Counted from the first letter of the stretch, positions 1-9,617 are shown. The stretch is DNA of 64,000 bases from Myxococcota bacterium (GCA_965247115.1 CBDFGR010000002.1:1568001-1632000); one strand, 5' to 3'. Notes: a model not told the origin generated them from the letters alone. Program-made: numbers and translations.

Positions 1-228
1 GCGCAGCTTCGGGTCTACTAGGCTGCCGTCGCGGTTGTAGAGGGCGAAGCCGGCAACGGCATGGTTGAAGACCTCGGGGACCAGGGCAAAGATGGTCCAC
101 CAGTTGCCCGGAGTGCCGGTGGAGGTACCAGGCTCTTTGACCGGGTCTCTATCTCCAAAGAGCTGGTCGTACATGCTACGCACCTCTGCGGTCGCCTCCG
201 AGCGCGGTACCTGGCGCAGCCGCGGCAC
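1..228 (-). CDS. Carboxymuconolactone decarboxylase (CMD/AhpD-like) family protein, 5' part; runs off the window edge
   Basis: Not in the ORF track. Hand translation from GTG at 228 gives MPRLRQVPRSEATAEVRSMYDQLFGDRDPVKEPGTSTGTPGNWWTIFALVPEVFNHAVAGFALY...DPKLR, which resembles CMD-family N-termini. Confidence 0.65.
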   Translation of the reverse strand, partial: MPRLRQVPRSEATAEVRSMYDQLFGDRDPVKEPGTSTGTPGNWWTIFALVPEVFNHAVAGFALYNRDGSLVDPKLR

Positions 229-229
229 C

Positions 230-370
230 TCAGGCCACCGGCGCCAGGGCTCGCGTATGCACCGGCAGGAACAAATCTGTGTAGCCCAGCGAGTCGAGCT
301 CCTGGATCCAGTCTCGCTGCTCGAGGATGGGAACTCCCTCGAGCGGGATGGTCATACCGTGGCGCTTCAT
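230..370 (-). pseudogene. 46-aa remnant of an LLM-class (F420-dependent) oxidoreductase
   Basis: GGAGG RBS then ATG at 370. MKRHGMTIPLEGVPILEQRDWIQELDSLGYTDLF resembles the LLM first strand/helix (ending ...LGYTD), then the ORF stops after 12 more residues. Confidence 0.55.
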
Positions 371-434
371 GTACATCCTCCGGGAGACGCAGCTCTGGAG
401 ACCGCATGGTACATGAATGCCCCACCCGCCCGAG

Positions 435-1094
435 ATGCCCGGTCGCCTGACTCGCGCCTTCTTCGCGGGTCCATGTCTCGAGGTGGCTCGAGAGCTGCTC
501 GGCTGCAGGCTGGTCCACCAGCTCGAGGCGGGCACGCGCCTGTCGGGGCGCATCGTGGAGGTGGAGGCGTACCTCGGCGACGGCAGCGACCCGGGCTCCC
601 ACTCCCACAACGGTCGGACCGCTCGCAACGCGTCGATGTTCGGAGCACCAGGCGTCTTCTACGTCTACCGCAGCATGGGGATTCACGTTTGCGCCAACGT
701 GGTGTGTGAGCCCGCTGGCAGCGGCGCCGCCGTGCTGCTGCGCGCCGTCGAGCCTTGTGACGGGATCGAGTGGATGCGCCGACGACGCGGCAACCGACCC
801 GAGCGCGAGCTCACAAACGGTCCAGGGAAGCTTTGCCAGGCGCTCGGCATCCGCCTCGACCACGATGGCCATTCCGCGCTGAGCGGCTCGCTGCGCCTGC
901 AAGCTGCCGAGAGCCGCCCCGCTACGATCATGCACAGCCCCCGCATCGGTCTCAAGAAAGGGGCCGACCTCTGGCAGCGTTTCTTCGTCGCGGACAGCCC
1001 TTGGGTGAGCTCCTCGCCACACAATCGGCGGGCTTGCTCCTTACCACCTATCATGGGCGGGCCATGGCTCCGCCCGACTCGAAAGGCGAGATGA
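435..1094 (+). CDS. mpg: DNA-3-methyladenine glycosylase (AAG/MPG family)
   Basis: Motifs VARELLG, GRIVEVEAY, YVYRSMGIH.CAN, AVLLRAVEP, TNGPGKLCQALGI, PRIG. Start could be 417 or 435. Confidence 0.93.
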   Translation: MPGRLTRAFFAGPCLEVARELLGCRLVHQLEAGTRLSGRIVEVEAYLGDGSDPGSHSHNGRTARNASMFGAPGVFYVYRSMGIHVCANVVCEPAGSGAAVLLRAVEPCDGIEWMRRRRGNRPERELTNGPGKLCQALGIRLDHDGHSALSGSLRLQAAESRPATIMHSPRIGLKKGADLWQRFFVADSPWVSSSPHNRRACSLPPIMGGPWLRPTRKAR

Positions 1095-2113
1095 GAGCGC
1101 GCGAGCGCTTCCTCCGCGCCTGCAGGGGCCAGCCCGTCGACCGACCCCCGGTCTGGCTGATGCGGCAGGCGGGGCGTTACCTGCCGGAGTACCGCAAGCT
1201 CCGTGAGCAGGCGAGCTTCCTCGAGCTGTGCGCAGATCCGGATCGAGCGACCGAGATCTCGCTGCATCCGCATCGGCGCTTCGGCGTGGACGGCGTCGTC
1301 GTCTTCTCCGACATCCTGGTTCCCCTCTCCGGCCTGGGCATCGAGCTCCAATTCGATCCGGGGCCGGTCGTACGAAATCCGGTGCAGAAAGGCGCCGACC
1401 TCGAGAGGCTCGACGGTGACGTCGAGCAGGCCATGGAGCCCACCTGCGAGGCAATCCGTCGGCTCAAGCGGGAGCTCGGCGAGGAGGCCGCCATCATCGG
1501 CTTTGCCGGCGCGCCGTGGACCCTGGCAGCATACGCCTGTGAGGAGAAGCTCTCCCGCGACGTGGAGTACCTCATGGGCCTGTCCTACAGCGAGCCCGAG
1601 CTCGTCGATCAGCTCCTGGATCGCATGGCGGAGATCAGCGCCGAGACGCTCCGCGTGCAGATGGAGGCCGGGGCCGACGTGCTCCAGATCTTCGATACGT
1701 GGGCGGGCATGCTGTCCGTCGCGCGCTTCGAGCGCCTCGCGGGACGGGCACTACGACGGGTGCTCGAGCTGCTTCCAAGCCACAGGCCACCGCTGATTAT
1801 CTTTGCCCGGGCTGCCTCGCACCTGATGGAGTCGATCGCGGACGTCGGGCCCGACGTGGTTTCACTCGACTGGCGGACGGACCTCGCCGAGGCCGCGCGT
1901 CGTATCGGAGAGCGCGTGTCGCTGCAGGGGAACCTCGAGCCCGCCGCGCTCAAGGCTCCGCCGCAGCAGATCGAGGCGGCCGTGGATGCGCTCGTGCGCG
2001 ACGGCCGAGCTGCGCGGGGTCACATCCTGAACCTGGGACACGGCGTGCTGCCCTCAGTCCCCGTCGAGGGGGTGGCCGCCTTCGTCAGAGCCGCGCAGCG
2101 AGCTCGCGCCTGA
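1091..2113 (+). CDS. hemE: Uroporphyrinogen decarboxylase
   Basis: Motifs PVWLMRQAGRYLPEY, FSDIL, GFAGAPWTLA.Y, QIFDTWAG, LQGNLEP, HILNLGHG. ATGA overlap with the mpg stop. Confidence 0.96.
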   Translation: MRARERFLRACRGQPVDRPPVWLMRQAGRYLPEYRKLREQASFLELCADPDRATEISLHPHRRFGVDGVVVFSDILVPLSGLGIELQFDPGPVVRNPVQKGADLERLDGDVEQAMEPTCEAIRRLKRELGEEAAIIGFAGAPWTLAAYACEEKLSRDVEYLMGLSYSEPELVDQLLDRMAEISAETLRVQMEAGADVLQIFDTWAGMLSVARFERLAGRALRRVLELLPSHRPPLIIFARAASHLMESIADVGPDVVSLDWRTDLAEAARRIGERVSLQGNLEPAALKAPPQQIEAAVDALVRDGRAARGHILNLGHGVLPSVPVEGVAAFVRAAQRARA

Positions 2114-2126
2114 GTCTGCCTTGCGG

Positions 2127-2219
2127 GTCTTGCGGGATCCGGCGCGCGAGCGGTCGCGCGCCACCCGCTCTTCGTTCGCCTACGGCTCACTGCGCACCGC
2201 GCCTACGGCGCGGCTTGCG
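2127..2219 (+). repeat. ~92-bp palindromic dispersed repeat, family A
   Basis: Near-identical to the reverse complement of the two tandem units at 39846-40031. Lies between convergent genes. Confidence 0.85.
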
Positions 2220-2227
2220 GGGGTCCG

Positions 2228-4294
2228 CTAGTCGCCCGCGATCTCCTCGATCAGGCGGCGCTTTGGGATTGGTTTGCTCAGGTAGATGTCGCAGCCGGCG
2301 GCTATACATTTCTCTGCGTCACCCTGCATTGCGTTTGCCGTGAGTGCGATGATCCGTCCCCTGTAGCCCGCGTCGCGCAGCTTTCGCGTCGCTGCGTAGC
2401 CGTCGAGGATGGGCATCTGGATGTCCATCAGGATCACGTCGAAGGGACTGCCAGCGGACTTCGCCTCGATGGCGCGCTCGTACGCGAGCAGTCCGTTACC
2501 GACGATCTCTACCTTGGCCCCCGCCAGGCTCAACATCCGGTTGATCAGCCGCTGATTGTCCTCTCCGTCCTCCGCCAGCAGGACGCGGAGCCCGTCCAGG
2601 CTCGGCTCGTCACCGAGCTCGCTCAAATCCGGTGCTACCTCTGCGAGCTTCGAGAGCGCCTCTAGCGGACTCGTAAACAGCTCGGAACCCTCGAGAGAGC
2701 CTGTCTCGATCGTGGCCACGAAGCGGCTCCCGGGCGTGTCCTTCTCCTCAATCGTAACGCTTCCGCCCAGCAGTTCGGCAAGGCTACGCGAGATGGAGAG
2801 GCCGAGGCCCGTGCCGCCGAAGAGACGTGTCGTCGACATGTCCGCCTGCGAAAAGGGCTTGAAGAGACGCTCGTGATCCTCGGGATCGATGCCGATGCCC
2901 GTGTCCTCGACCACGAAGCGCAGCATCGGCTGCTCCACCTCCGGAGGGCTGACAAGGCTCACGATCAGGCGGACGCTGCCGCGGTCCGTGAACTTGATCG
3001 CGTTGCCCAGCAGGTTGAGAAGGATCTGCTGCACCCGGGTCGGATCCGTCTCTATCTCCTCCGGGACAGGTGTGTCGTAGCCAATCTCGAAGACGAGGTC
3101 CTTCTCTGCCATGCGCGGCTCGATCACCTCTCTTACGCGTTGCAGCAGGTCCGCAGTTGCGCAGGGTATGCGCTCAACGCTGAGGTTCCCTGTCTCGATC
3201 TTCGAGACGTCGAGGATCTCGTCGATCAGCCCCAGCAGATGCTCGCCGTTGCGCCGCACCGTGCGCGAGAACTCGACGCGCTCTGCTTTGGAGCGCGCTT
3301 CGGGGAACAGCTCGGCGTAGCCCAGGATCGACATCATGGGAGTGCGCAGCTCGTGGCTCATGTTCGCTAGGAAATTGGTCTTCGCCTCGGCAGCTGTCTC
3401 GGCCGCGCGCAGAGCCTCAGCCAGCTCGCTGTGACGTCGCAGCAACAGCTCGTTGCTTCTGCGCCGGTGCATGGCCTGGCCCAGGGTAAGCCCGATGTTG
3501 TGCATGAGCGAGACCGAACGGATCTCGCGTGGTCGGGGCTCGACGTCAAACAGCTCGACCACCGCCATCACGTCGTTCGCCACCGAGGCCGGGAACGCGA
3601 CTGCCCCGCGAACCTCTTCTGAGCTGGGCCTGCCGAACCAGTCCTGACCTTGCACGTCTTCTACCCAGAGCGCTTCTCCGCGCTCCAGCACCCTGCCAGG
3701 GAGCTCGGCACCCCGCTCGAATTCAAGCGAGCGGCTCGCCTCGACAAAGTTGCCGGCCAGATCGGGAGCCGAGACGTGCCAGATGTCTCCGGGGCGAAGG
3801 CGACCCGGGTCTTCCAGGTCGACCACATAGACGTGACCAATTGGCCAGCATAGGAACCTGCAGATGAGCTGACAGCACGCCGCGAGAGCGGCCTCGAAGT
3901 CTCCCTGTCGATCGACGATCCGGCTGATCTGGCCCAGTAGCCGAAGCTCGGCCTCCGAACGCTGAAGATCGCGGTGCGCATGCTGGTGGATCTCGAGCAT
4001 GGCGTCTACGGCGCGCGCGAACTCCGCAAACTCGCGGACCTCGGTCCGGACCTCGGCACACGAGCTCGGCTCGAGAGGCGTCCCTCTCCCGATCATCTGC
4101 GAGAGATCTGCGAGCGGATCGAGGGCCAGGCGCAGGAGCGCGCGGTGAACTGCGAGCGCCGCCGCCCCCACGACAGCAAACGCGAGCAGGCCGGATAGCG
4201 CGGCGCGCGGCCACGGCGAGAGTCGTTGTCCCACGGCCGCCTCGAGGCACACTGCGACGAGTGCGGCGAGCACGCCGACAACCGCCAGCCTCAT
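2228..4294 (-). CDS. Hybrid sensor histidine kinase/response regulator (TM, GAF, HisKA, HATPase, receiver)
   Basis: H-box FLANMSHELRTP, N-box QILLNLLGNAIKFT, DTGIGI, GGTGLGL; receiver LLAED...DVILMDIQMP...KP. Start uncertain. Confidence 0.93.
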   Translation of the reverse strand: MRLAVVGVLAALVAVCLEAAVGQRLSPWPRAALSGLLAFAVVGAAALAVHRALLRLALDPLADLSQMIGRGTPLEPSSCAEVRTEVREFAEFARAVDAMLEIHQHAHRDLQRSEAELRLLGQISRIVDRQGDFEAALAACCQLICRFLCWPIGHVYVVDLEDPGRLRPGDIWHVSAPDLAGNFVEASRSLEFERGAELPGRVLERGEALWVEDVQGQDWFGRPSSEEVRGAVAFPASVANDVMAVVELFDVEPRPREIRSVSLMHNIGLTLGQAMHRRRSNELLLRRHSELAEALRAAETAAEAKTNFLANMSHELRTPMMSILGYAELFPEARSKAERVEFSRTVRRNGEHLLGLIDEILDVSKIETGNLSVERIPCATADLLQRVREVIEPRMAEKDLVFEIGYDTPVPEEIETDPTRVQQILLNLLGNAIKFTDRGSVRLIVSLVSPPEVEQPMLRFVVEDTGIGIDPEDHERLFKPFSQADMSTTRLFGGTGLGLSISRSLAELLGGSVTIEEKDTPGSRFVATIETGSLEGSELFTSPLEALSKLAEVAPDLSELGDEPSLDGLRVLLAEDGEDNQRLINRMLSLAGAKVEIVGNGLLAYERAIEAKSAGSPFDVILMDIQMPILDGYAATRKLRDAGYRGRIIALTANAMQGDAEKCIAAGCDIYLSKPIPKRRLIEEIAGD

Positions 4295-4402
4295 GAGCAC
4301 CGCTCTACACAGCGTAAGTCCGCCTGGGCTCAACCGGAAACACCCACACACGACCTATCGTCGGCGGGCGGGGATCCCTGAGAGAGAGGACTGGACCCCG
4401 GC

Positions 4403-5542
4403 TCAGAAGCCTAGCAGCGTCGCGTAGCGGTCGCGGTGGTAGCTGGCGTCACCCAGCGTAAACTGCGCCACTCGGGCTCGCTTCAGGAACAGGCCGATCT
4501 CCTCCTCGTCGGTCATCCCGATGCCACCGTGCATCTGCAGCGCCTCGTTTCCGACCAGGAACGCCGTGTCACTGAGGCGCGCCTTCGCCACGCTGGCCAG
4601 CTTGGGAAGATCAGGTCGACCCTCATCGACTGCCTGCAGCGCGTCGAGCACGATCGAGCGAGCCAGCTCGATCTCCACGAACATACTCGCCGCGCGGTGC
4701 TTGAGCGCCTGGAACGAGCCAATCGGTACGCCGAACTGCTTGCGGTCCTTCAGGTACTGTAGCGTGCGATCGTACGCCTCGAGGCAGGTGCCGAGCATCT
4801 CCGCGGAGAATACGGCGGTGGCGCGGTCGAGCACCGCGTCGAGCACGTCGGCACCAGCGCCGACCGTGCCCAGCACCGCGGAACGCTCCACGCTGACCCC
4901 GTCGAGCTCGACGTTCGCGGCGTTGCGGCTATCCACCATGATCGTTCGCATGCGGGTCACGCCTTCTGTCGCGCCATCGAGCAGGAACAGCGTCAGGCCG
5001 TCGCGCTCGCTTGGCGCACCGGAGGTCCGAGCCACAACGACCAGCTGATCGGCGACGTGACCGTCCAGCACGAAGGTCTTCTTGCCGCGGAGTGTGTAGC
5101 CGCTGGGCGTCTGCTCGGCGCGCGTGGCGATCGCGTAGGGATCGTGGCGCGTGCCTTCTTGCAGCGCGAGCGCCAGGATCCGTTCGCCCTTACAGAGCGC
5201 GGTCAGCACATCCTTGCGCTGCGTCTCGTTGCCGCCGATGAGCACGGCGTTACCCGCAAGCAGGACCGTCGAGACCAGCGGCGAGGCGAGCAGCACGCGC
5301 CCGGTCTCCTCGAGGACGATGCCGAGCTCCGCGTGGCCCATGTCGACGCCCCCGACCTCCTCGGGAAAGATGATCCCGGCCCAGCCGAGCTCGGCCATCT
5401 CCTTCCATAGCTCGCGCGAGAATCCGTCGGAGCTCTCCTCATCGCGCAGCTTGCGCAGCTCCGTCACAGGAGCCCGTTCGCGCACGAACTCGCGCGCTGT
5501 TTCCTTGAGCAGCTCCTGCTCTTCCGTCAGTACGAGTGCCAT
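4403..5542 (-). CDS. Acyl-CoA dehydrogenase family protein (partner subunit of a paired ACAD)
   Basis: Motifs WKEMAELGW, RKQFGVPIGSFQALKH, QMHGGIGMT.E. Confidence 0.92.
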   Translation of the reverse strand: MALVLTEEQELLKETAREFVRERAPVTELRKLRDEESSDGFSRELWKEMAELGWAGIIFPEEVGGVDMGHAELGIVLEETGRVLLASPLVSTVLLAGNAVLIGGNETQRKDVLTALCKGERILALALQEGTRHDPYAIATRAEQTPSGYTLRGKKTFVLDGHVADQLVVVARTSGAPSERDGLTLFLLDGATEGVTRMRTIMVDSRNAANVELDGVSVERSAVLGTVGAGADVLDAVLDRATAVFSAEMLGTCLEAYDRTLQYLKDRKQFGVPIGSFQALKHRAASMFVEIELARSIVLDALQAVDEGRPDLPKLASVAKARLSDTAFLVGNEALQMHGGIGMTDEEEIGLFLKRARVAQFTLGDASYHRDRYATLLGF

Positions 5543-5558
5543 CTCGTATCTCCGCAAC

Positions 5559-6752
5559 TCAGTCCGGCAGCCCGAGCACACGCTTGGCCACGATGTTCAG
5601 CTGGACCTCGGAGGTTCCGCCCTCGATCGAGTTGGCCTTGGAGCGCAGCCAATCGCGAGTCGTACTGAGCTCTCCAGCACTGAAACCCTCGCCCTCCCAG
5701 CCGAACGCCTGGGTGCCGAGTGCGGCGACCAGAAGCTCGTAACGGCGCTTGTTCATCTCGGTGCCGTAGTACTTGAAGATCGAAGAGGTGGCCCCCGGCC
5801 CCTGTCCTGCCTTCGCCTCCGCAGCCGAGCGGCGCGCTGTCGCGGTGAAGCACGTCTCGTCCATCATCTGCTGAGCGACGCGATCCCGGAGGATGGGATC
5901 CGCGATCTTGCTGTCCTTCGTGCCCACGTACTCGACCGCCAGCTCGGCCAGGCTCGGGCCACCGGCCTTGCCTCGCAGACCAAAGCCCATCCCGCCAATC
6001 ATCGAGCGCTCGTGTTGCAGCAGACGCTTCGCGATGGTCCAGCCGCCGTTCAACGTCCCGATGAGATTGCCTTTGGGGACCTTTACGTCCTCGAAGAAGG
6101 TCTGACAGAAGAGAGACGACCCGCTGATCAGCTTGATGGGCGCGACGGACACCCCCTCGGACTTCATGTCGAATAGCAGGAAGCTGATCCCGTCGTGTTT
6201 TGGGGCGTCGGGATTTGTCCGCACCAGACAGAAGATCCAGTCGGATTCGTCCGCCATCGAAGTCCAGATCTTCTGCCCGTTCACGAGATAGTGATCACCC
6301 TTGTCGTCTGCGCGCGTCTGGAGCCCTGCCAGGTCCGAGCCCGCTCCCGGCTCGCTGTAGCCCTGACACCAGCGGATTTCACCGCGGACGATCTTGGGGA
6401 GATGCTCCTGCTTCTGCTCCTCTTCTGCGAACTCCAAGAGGACGGGACCGAGCATCGAGAGGCCGAAGCTCAGCAGCGGCGGGCGACACTTTTGCGCCGC
6501 CATCTCCTCTGCGAGCACGCGCGCCTCGGCGTTCGAGAGCCCGCCACCGCCGTACTCGCGCGGCCAGGTCGGTGCGGTCCAGCCCTTCTCCGCCATGCGG
6601 TCGAGCCACAGCTTCGAGTCGGGGTTGGCGTAGGTGGCGTCCCGGCCACCCCACGTGGCGTCCTGGGGCCTCGTCCTGTCTCGCAGCGATGCGGGGTAGC
6701 TCTCTTCCAGCCAGGTCCGGGCGGACCGACGAAACTCGTCTAGATTCTCCAA
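5559..6752 (-). CDS. Acyl-CoA dehydrogenase family protein
   Basis: Motifs WCQGYSEPGAGSDLA, NGQKIWTS, SIEGGTSEVQLNI. Confidence 0.94.
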   Translation of the reverse strand: MENLDEFRRSARTWLEESYPASLRDRTRPQDATWGGRDATYANPDSKLWLDRMAEKGWTAPTWPREYGGGGLSNAEARVLAEEMAAQKCRPPLLSFGLSMLGPVLLEFAEEEQKQEHLPKIVRGEIRWCQGYSEPGAGSDLAGLQTRADDKGDHYLVNGQKIWTSMADESDWIFCLVRTNPDAPKHDGISFLLFDMKSEGVSVAPIKLISGSSLFCQTFFEDVKVPKGNLIGTLNGGWTIAKRLLQHERSMIGGMGFGLRGKAGGPSLAELAVEYVGTKDSKIADPILRDRVAQQMMDETCFTATARRSAAEAKAGQGPGATSSIFKYYGTEMNKRRYELLVAALGTQAFGWEGEGFSAGELSTTRDWLRSKANSIEGGTSEVQLNIVAKRVLGLPD

Positions 6753-6852
6753 GGGGGTGATCCTCCAGCAAGGGGGCTCGCGCCCGAGGCGGGAGCGCGC
6801 CCATCCTGCCAGCCGGTCGGGGCTTTGTCGAGGGAGGCGTTAAGATCACGGC

Positions 6853-7401
6853 ATGCGGGCGCTGCGCAACATCCTCGGACTGGAGACGCAAGAGCGGGCG
6901 GCGGACGCGGCCCGCGACACGGAGACCGTCGCCCGGATCGCCGCCGAGCTCGAGCAGCTCGAACCCGACGAGGCGCGGTTCCTGGCAGCCTTCGCCTACG
7001 TTCTGGCGCGGGTAGCAGGGGCCGACCTCGAGATTTCGGAAGCGGAGACCCAGGAGATGATCGGAAGCGTGCGCGAGTTCAGCGAGCTGCAGCCCGCGCA
7101 GGCCACACTCGTGGTGCTCATCGCGAAATCACACGCGACGGCGCTAGGAGGCACGGAGAACTACGTCGTAACGCGACAGTTCCGGACGCTGGCCAGCCGC
7201 CCCCAGCGAATCGGTCTCATGCGCTGCCTGTTTGCCGTGGCGGCTGCGGACGAGAACATCTCGTCGGTGGAAAATGCGGAGATCAGTCAGATCGGGGCGG
7301 AGCTCGGCTTCACCAGCGAAGAGGTCGCCGGTCTGCGCTCCGCCTTTCGCGACCAGCTCGCGGTCATGAAGAACCCGCCTGGCAAGGGGGAAGCCCGATG
7401 A
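6853..7401 (+). CDS. TerB/DjlA-N-like family protein
   Basis: Two TerB-like helical units: LARVAGADLEISEAE and LFAVAAADENISSVE. Confidence 0.8.
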   Translation: MRALRNILGLETQERAADAARDTETVARIAAELEQLEPDEARFLAAFAYVLARVAGADLEISEAETQEMIGSVREFSELQPAQATLVVLIAKSHATALGGTENYVVTRQFRTLASRPQRIGLMRCLFAVAAADENISSVENAEISQIGAELGFTSEEVAGLRSAFRDQLAVMKNPPGKGEAR

Positions 7402-7436
7402 AGCTCGGGATCACGCTCGTCCCGGAGGCCGTGTGA
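7398..7436 (+). pseudogene. 12-codon mini-ORF MKLGITLVPEAV, possible collapsed gene remnant
   Basis: ATGA overlap with the TerB stop and GTGA overlap with the HAD start. MKLGITL resembles LLM-family N-termini. Confidence 0.4.
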
Positions 7437-8146
7437 CGGCCCTGCGGGCGGTCCTGTTCGACTTCGGCGGCACACTGTACGACTACGGCTCGCTGGCGCG
7501 CGCCGAGGCGGAGAGTCTGGGCCAGCTGATCGAGTGGGCTGGAATCGATGCTCCTCCCGAGGAGGTCCGGCTCGCGCAGCGAGAGTCCGCACGCAAGGTG
7601 TTCACGGAGTACCTGAGTCGGCCCTTCTACCTGCACAGGGATCTGTTCAACGACACGCTGCGCGAGCTCCTGGCGAGCTTCGGCAAGGACGCAGAGGCGG
7701 GCTGGCTCGACCGCTACCGCGCGGCGCAGTGGGCGGGGCACGCGCGCGACCTGGAGCTCCGCCCGGGAGTCACCGAGACGCTGTCGACGCTCCGTGCCCG
7801 GGGTCTCCACGTCGGCATGGTGAGCAACATCGATGAAGATCAACTCAAGCACCTGCTCGAGATCTCCGGGGTGCGCCCGTACTTCAACGCGATCCTCTCC
7901 AGCGAGCGAGCGGGGTCGTGCAAACCGAACGGCGCGATCTTCGAGCGGGCCCTGCGCAGCGCCGGCTGCGCGCCGCACGAGGCACTGTTCGTCGGCGACT
8001 CGCGCCCGGCCGACGTGGCCGGGGCGAATGCGACCGGGCTGCGCTCCGTCCTCATCTGGCACCGCGCGGACCGGCCGCCGCCCACGGGCGACCCCGAGCC
8101 AACCCACGTGATCCGCTCGATCCCCGAGCTGCTCGACCTGGCCTAG
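7433..8146 (+). CDS. HAD family hydrolase
   Basis: Motif I FDFGGTL, VSN, KP, motif IV FVGDS..DV.GA...G. Confidence 0.92.
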   Translation: MTALRAVLFDFGGTLYDYGSLARAEAESLGQLIEWAGIDAPPEEVRLAQRESARKVFTEYLSRPFYLHRDLFNDTLRELLASFGKDAEAGWLDRYRAAQWAGHARDLELRPGVTETLSTLRARGLHVGMVSNIDEDQLKHLLEISGVRPYFNAILSSERAGSCKPNGAIFERALRSAGCAPHEALFVGDSRPADVAGANATGLRSVLIWHRADRPPPTGDPEPTHVIRSIPELLDLA

Positions 8147-8150
8147 TCGG

Positions 8151-8336
8151 GTCTTGTGGGACCCGGCCCGCGGGCGGCCGCGGACCACCCACCTCCGCTC
8201 AGGCCTACGGCCTTCGCTGCGCGCGCCGCTTCCGCGGCGCTTGCCTTGTGGGACCCGGCCCGCGGGCGGCCGCGGGCCACCCACCCCCGCTCAGGCCTAC
8301 GGCCTTCGCTGCGCGCGCCGCTTCCGCGGCGCTTGC
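8151..8336 (+). repeat. Two tandem 92-bp palindromic repeat units, family B
   Basis: Units start at 8151 and 8243 (G(T/C)CTTGTGGGACCCGGCCCGCGGGCGGCCGCG...). Further copies at 15120, 19889 and 21537. Confidence 0.9.
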
Positions 8337-8398
8337 ATGGTTGCCAAGCCCCGCAGGGAATTGCCGGTTCTCCACAGAATCTGAACTAGGTGGGAATC

Positions 8399-8429
8399 TG
8401 AACTTGGGGACGGTCCTTCGTCTTAACTT
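8399..8429 (+). repeat. Family D short repeat (GAACTTGGGGACGGTCCTT...)
   Basis: Same motif occurs as an inverted pair at 41945-42025 and as a single copy at about 46749-46773. Confidence 0.7.
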
Positions 8430-8590
8430 CTTTGGACGAGGTTGGAACTTCTGGTCACTCTGGCGGGACTCTTGAGCACAGTCGTTTATTTGGGCGTCGT
8501 TGCGGTCGTCTCAGGCGGAGTAGGTTCTGATTCAGTGACCGTCCCTGGTCCGGGGATGGTCTGACGTCCGTCGGATGGGGAATGCGAGGC

Positions 8591-9493
8591 CTAGACGAGC
8601 TTGGTGCGGCCGACAAGGGCTCGGTTGAGGTGTCTGCCTAGCCAGTCTGGCTCGGACTCACCAGCGAGTCGGCGACGCGCGTCGATGTAGGGCGGAAGAT
8701 AGCGCAGGCGGGGCGGTAGCCAGCGCTGGCCTCGGAGGAGCTGGATCGAGGCCGAGAAGACGGCGCGCTCGCGCGCCCGGCCGAACGACAGGCCGAACTC
8801 GGCGCGCAGCCGTTCCGGCAAAAGTGCCGCTGTCATGACCCGATACCAGCGCATGAAGGGGCCGAGGCCAGGCAACGGGGGGCAGAACAGCAGCTCGGCA
8901 ATCTCGCGGGCCGCTGGCGTAACCTCGAGCTCAGGGGACATCCACATCCGGCGGTTGTAGGCCTCGAACTCCAGCCAATCCGCAGGAAGCGCTGCTCGCG
9001 GGATCCCGAAGAGCGAGGCGAAGCGCGTCGTCTCCTCGTAGTACGCGCTCTTCTCTGCCGTGCTGAGTCTGCGCACGGTGAGCTCGAAGACGCGAACGGA
9101 AGTGTCCCACAGGGTGGAGTGAACCCAGAGCGCGCCCTCGCGCTCCAGCGCGCCGGGGACAGGGGCGTGCATGGCGTACACGCGGCGGGAAGCGCGCAGG
9201 GCCAGGTCGAGGTCACCAAACACCATGGCAAACACGTTCGTGAAGGTATTCTGGAAGCGCCGCATCGGGTTCTGTCGGAGTCCGGACCATTGATCGATCG
9301 CATGCGCCACCGACGGAAGCGCGAGCTGCAGCAGCGCTGCGCGACCTGCGCCCAGGAACACGGCTGCGTGTCGGTTGACCAACCAGACCTGGGAGCTCGG
9401 ACCGAAGAGCCCCGCGTTCGGATGTCGAACCCGAGCACGAAGCCGTGCCAGGTCCTTCTCGAGCTCGTGCGGGTCGAGCGAGATCGAGCTCAC
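8591..9493 (-). CDS. Oxygenase MpaB / DUF2236 family protein
   Basis: Motifs GLFGPSS..W, GAGRAALLQLA.P.VA, LWVHSTL, YYEE...FA.LFGIP. Confidence 0.85.
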   Translation of the reverse strand: MSSISLDPHELEKDLARLRARVRHPNAGLFGPSSQVWLVNRHAAVFLGAGRAALLQLALPSVAHAIDQWSGLRQNPMRRFQNTFTNVFAMVFGDLDLALRASRRVYAMHAPVPGALEREGALWVHSTLWDTSVRVFELTVRRLSTAEKSAYYEETTRFASLFGIPRAALPADWLEFEAYNRRMWMSPELEVTPAAREIAELLFCPPLPGLGPFMRWYRVMTAALLPERLRAEFGLSFGRARERAVFSASIQLLRGQRWLPPRLRYLPPYIDARRRLAGESEPDWLGRHLNRALVGRTKLV

Positions 9494-9617
9494 ACAAGTG
9501 CACGGGCGCAAGAGCACATCGGAATGATTCTGTCACACTCGTGCAGGCGCCCGCGTGCTAGGCTCGGGAATCACCGCGACCCGGTTTCATGCGGGGCTGC
9601 GGTGGGGAGCCGAGTCG

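Noticed and set aside
4359..4400. Fourth family C element (GTCGGCGGGCGGG)
   Set aside because: Only a ~13-bp arm-like match, with no conserved loop or second arm.
8151..8336. CRISPR array interpretation of the tandem repeats (also 39846-40031)
   Set aside because: The units are 92 bp, abut without unique spacers, number only two per site, and no cas genes are present.
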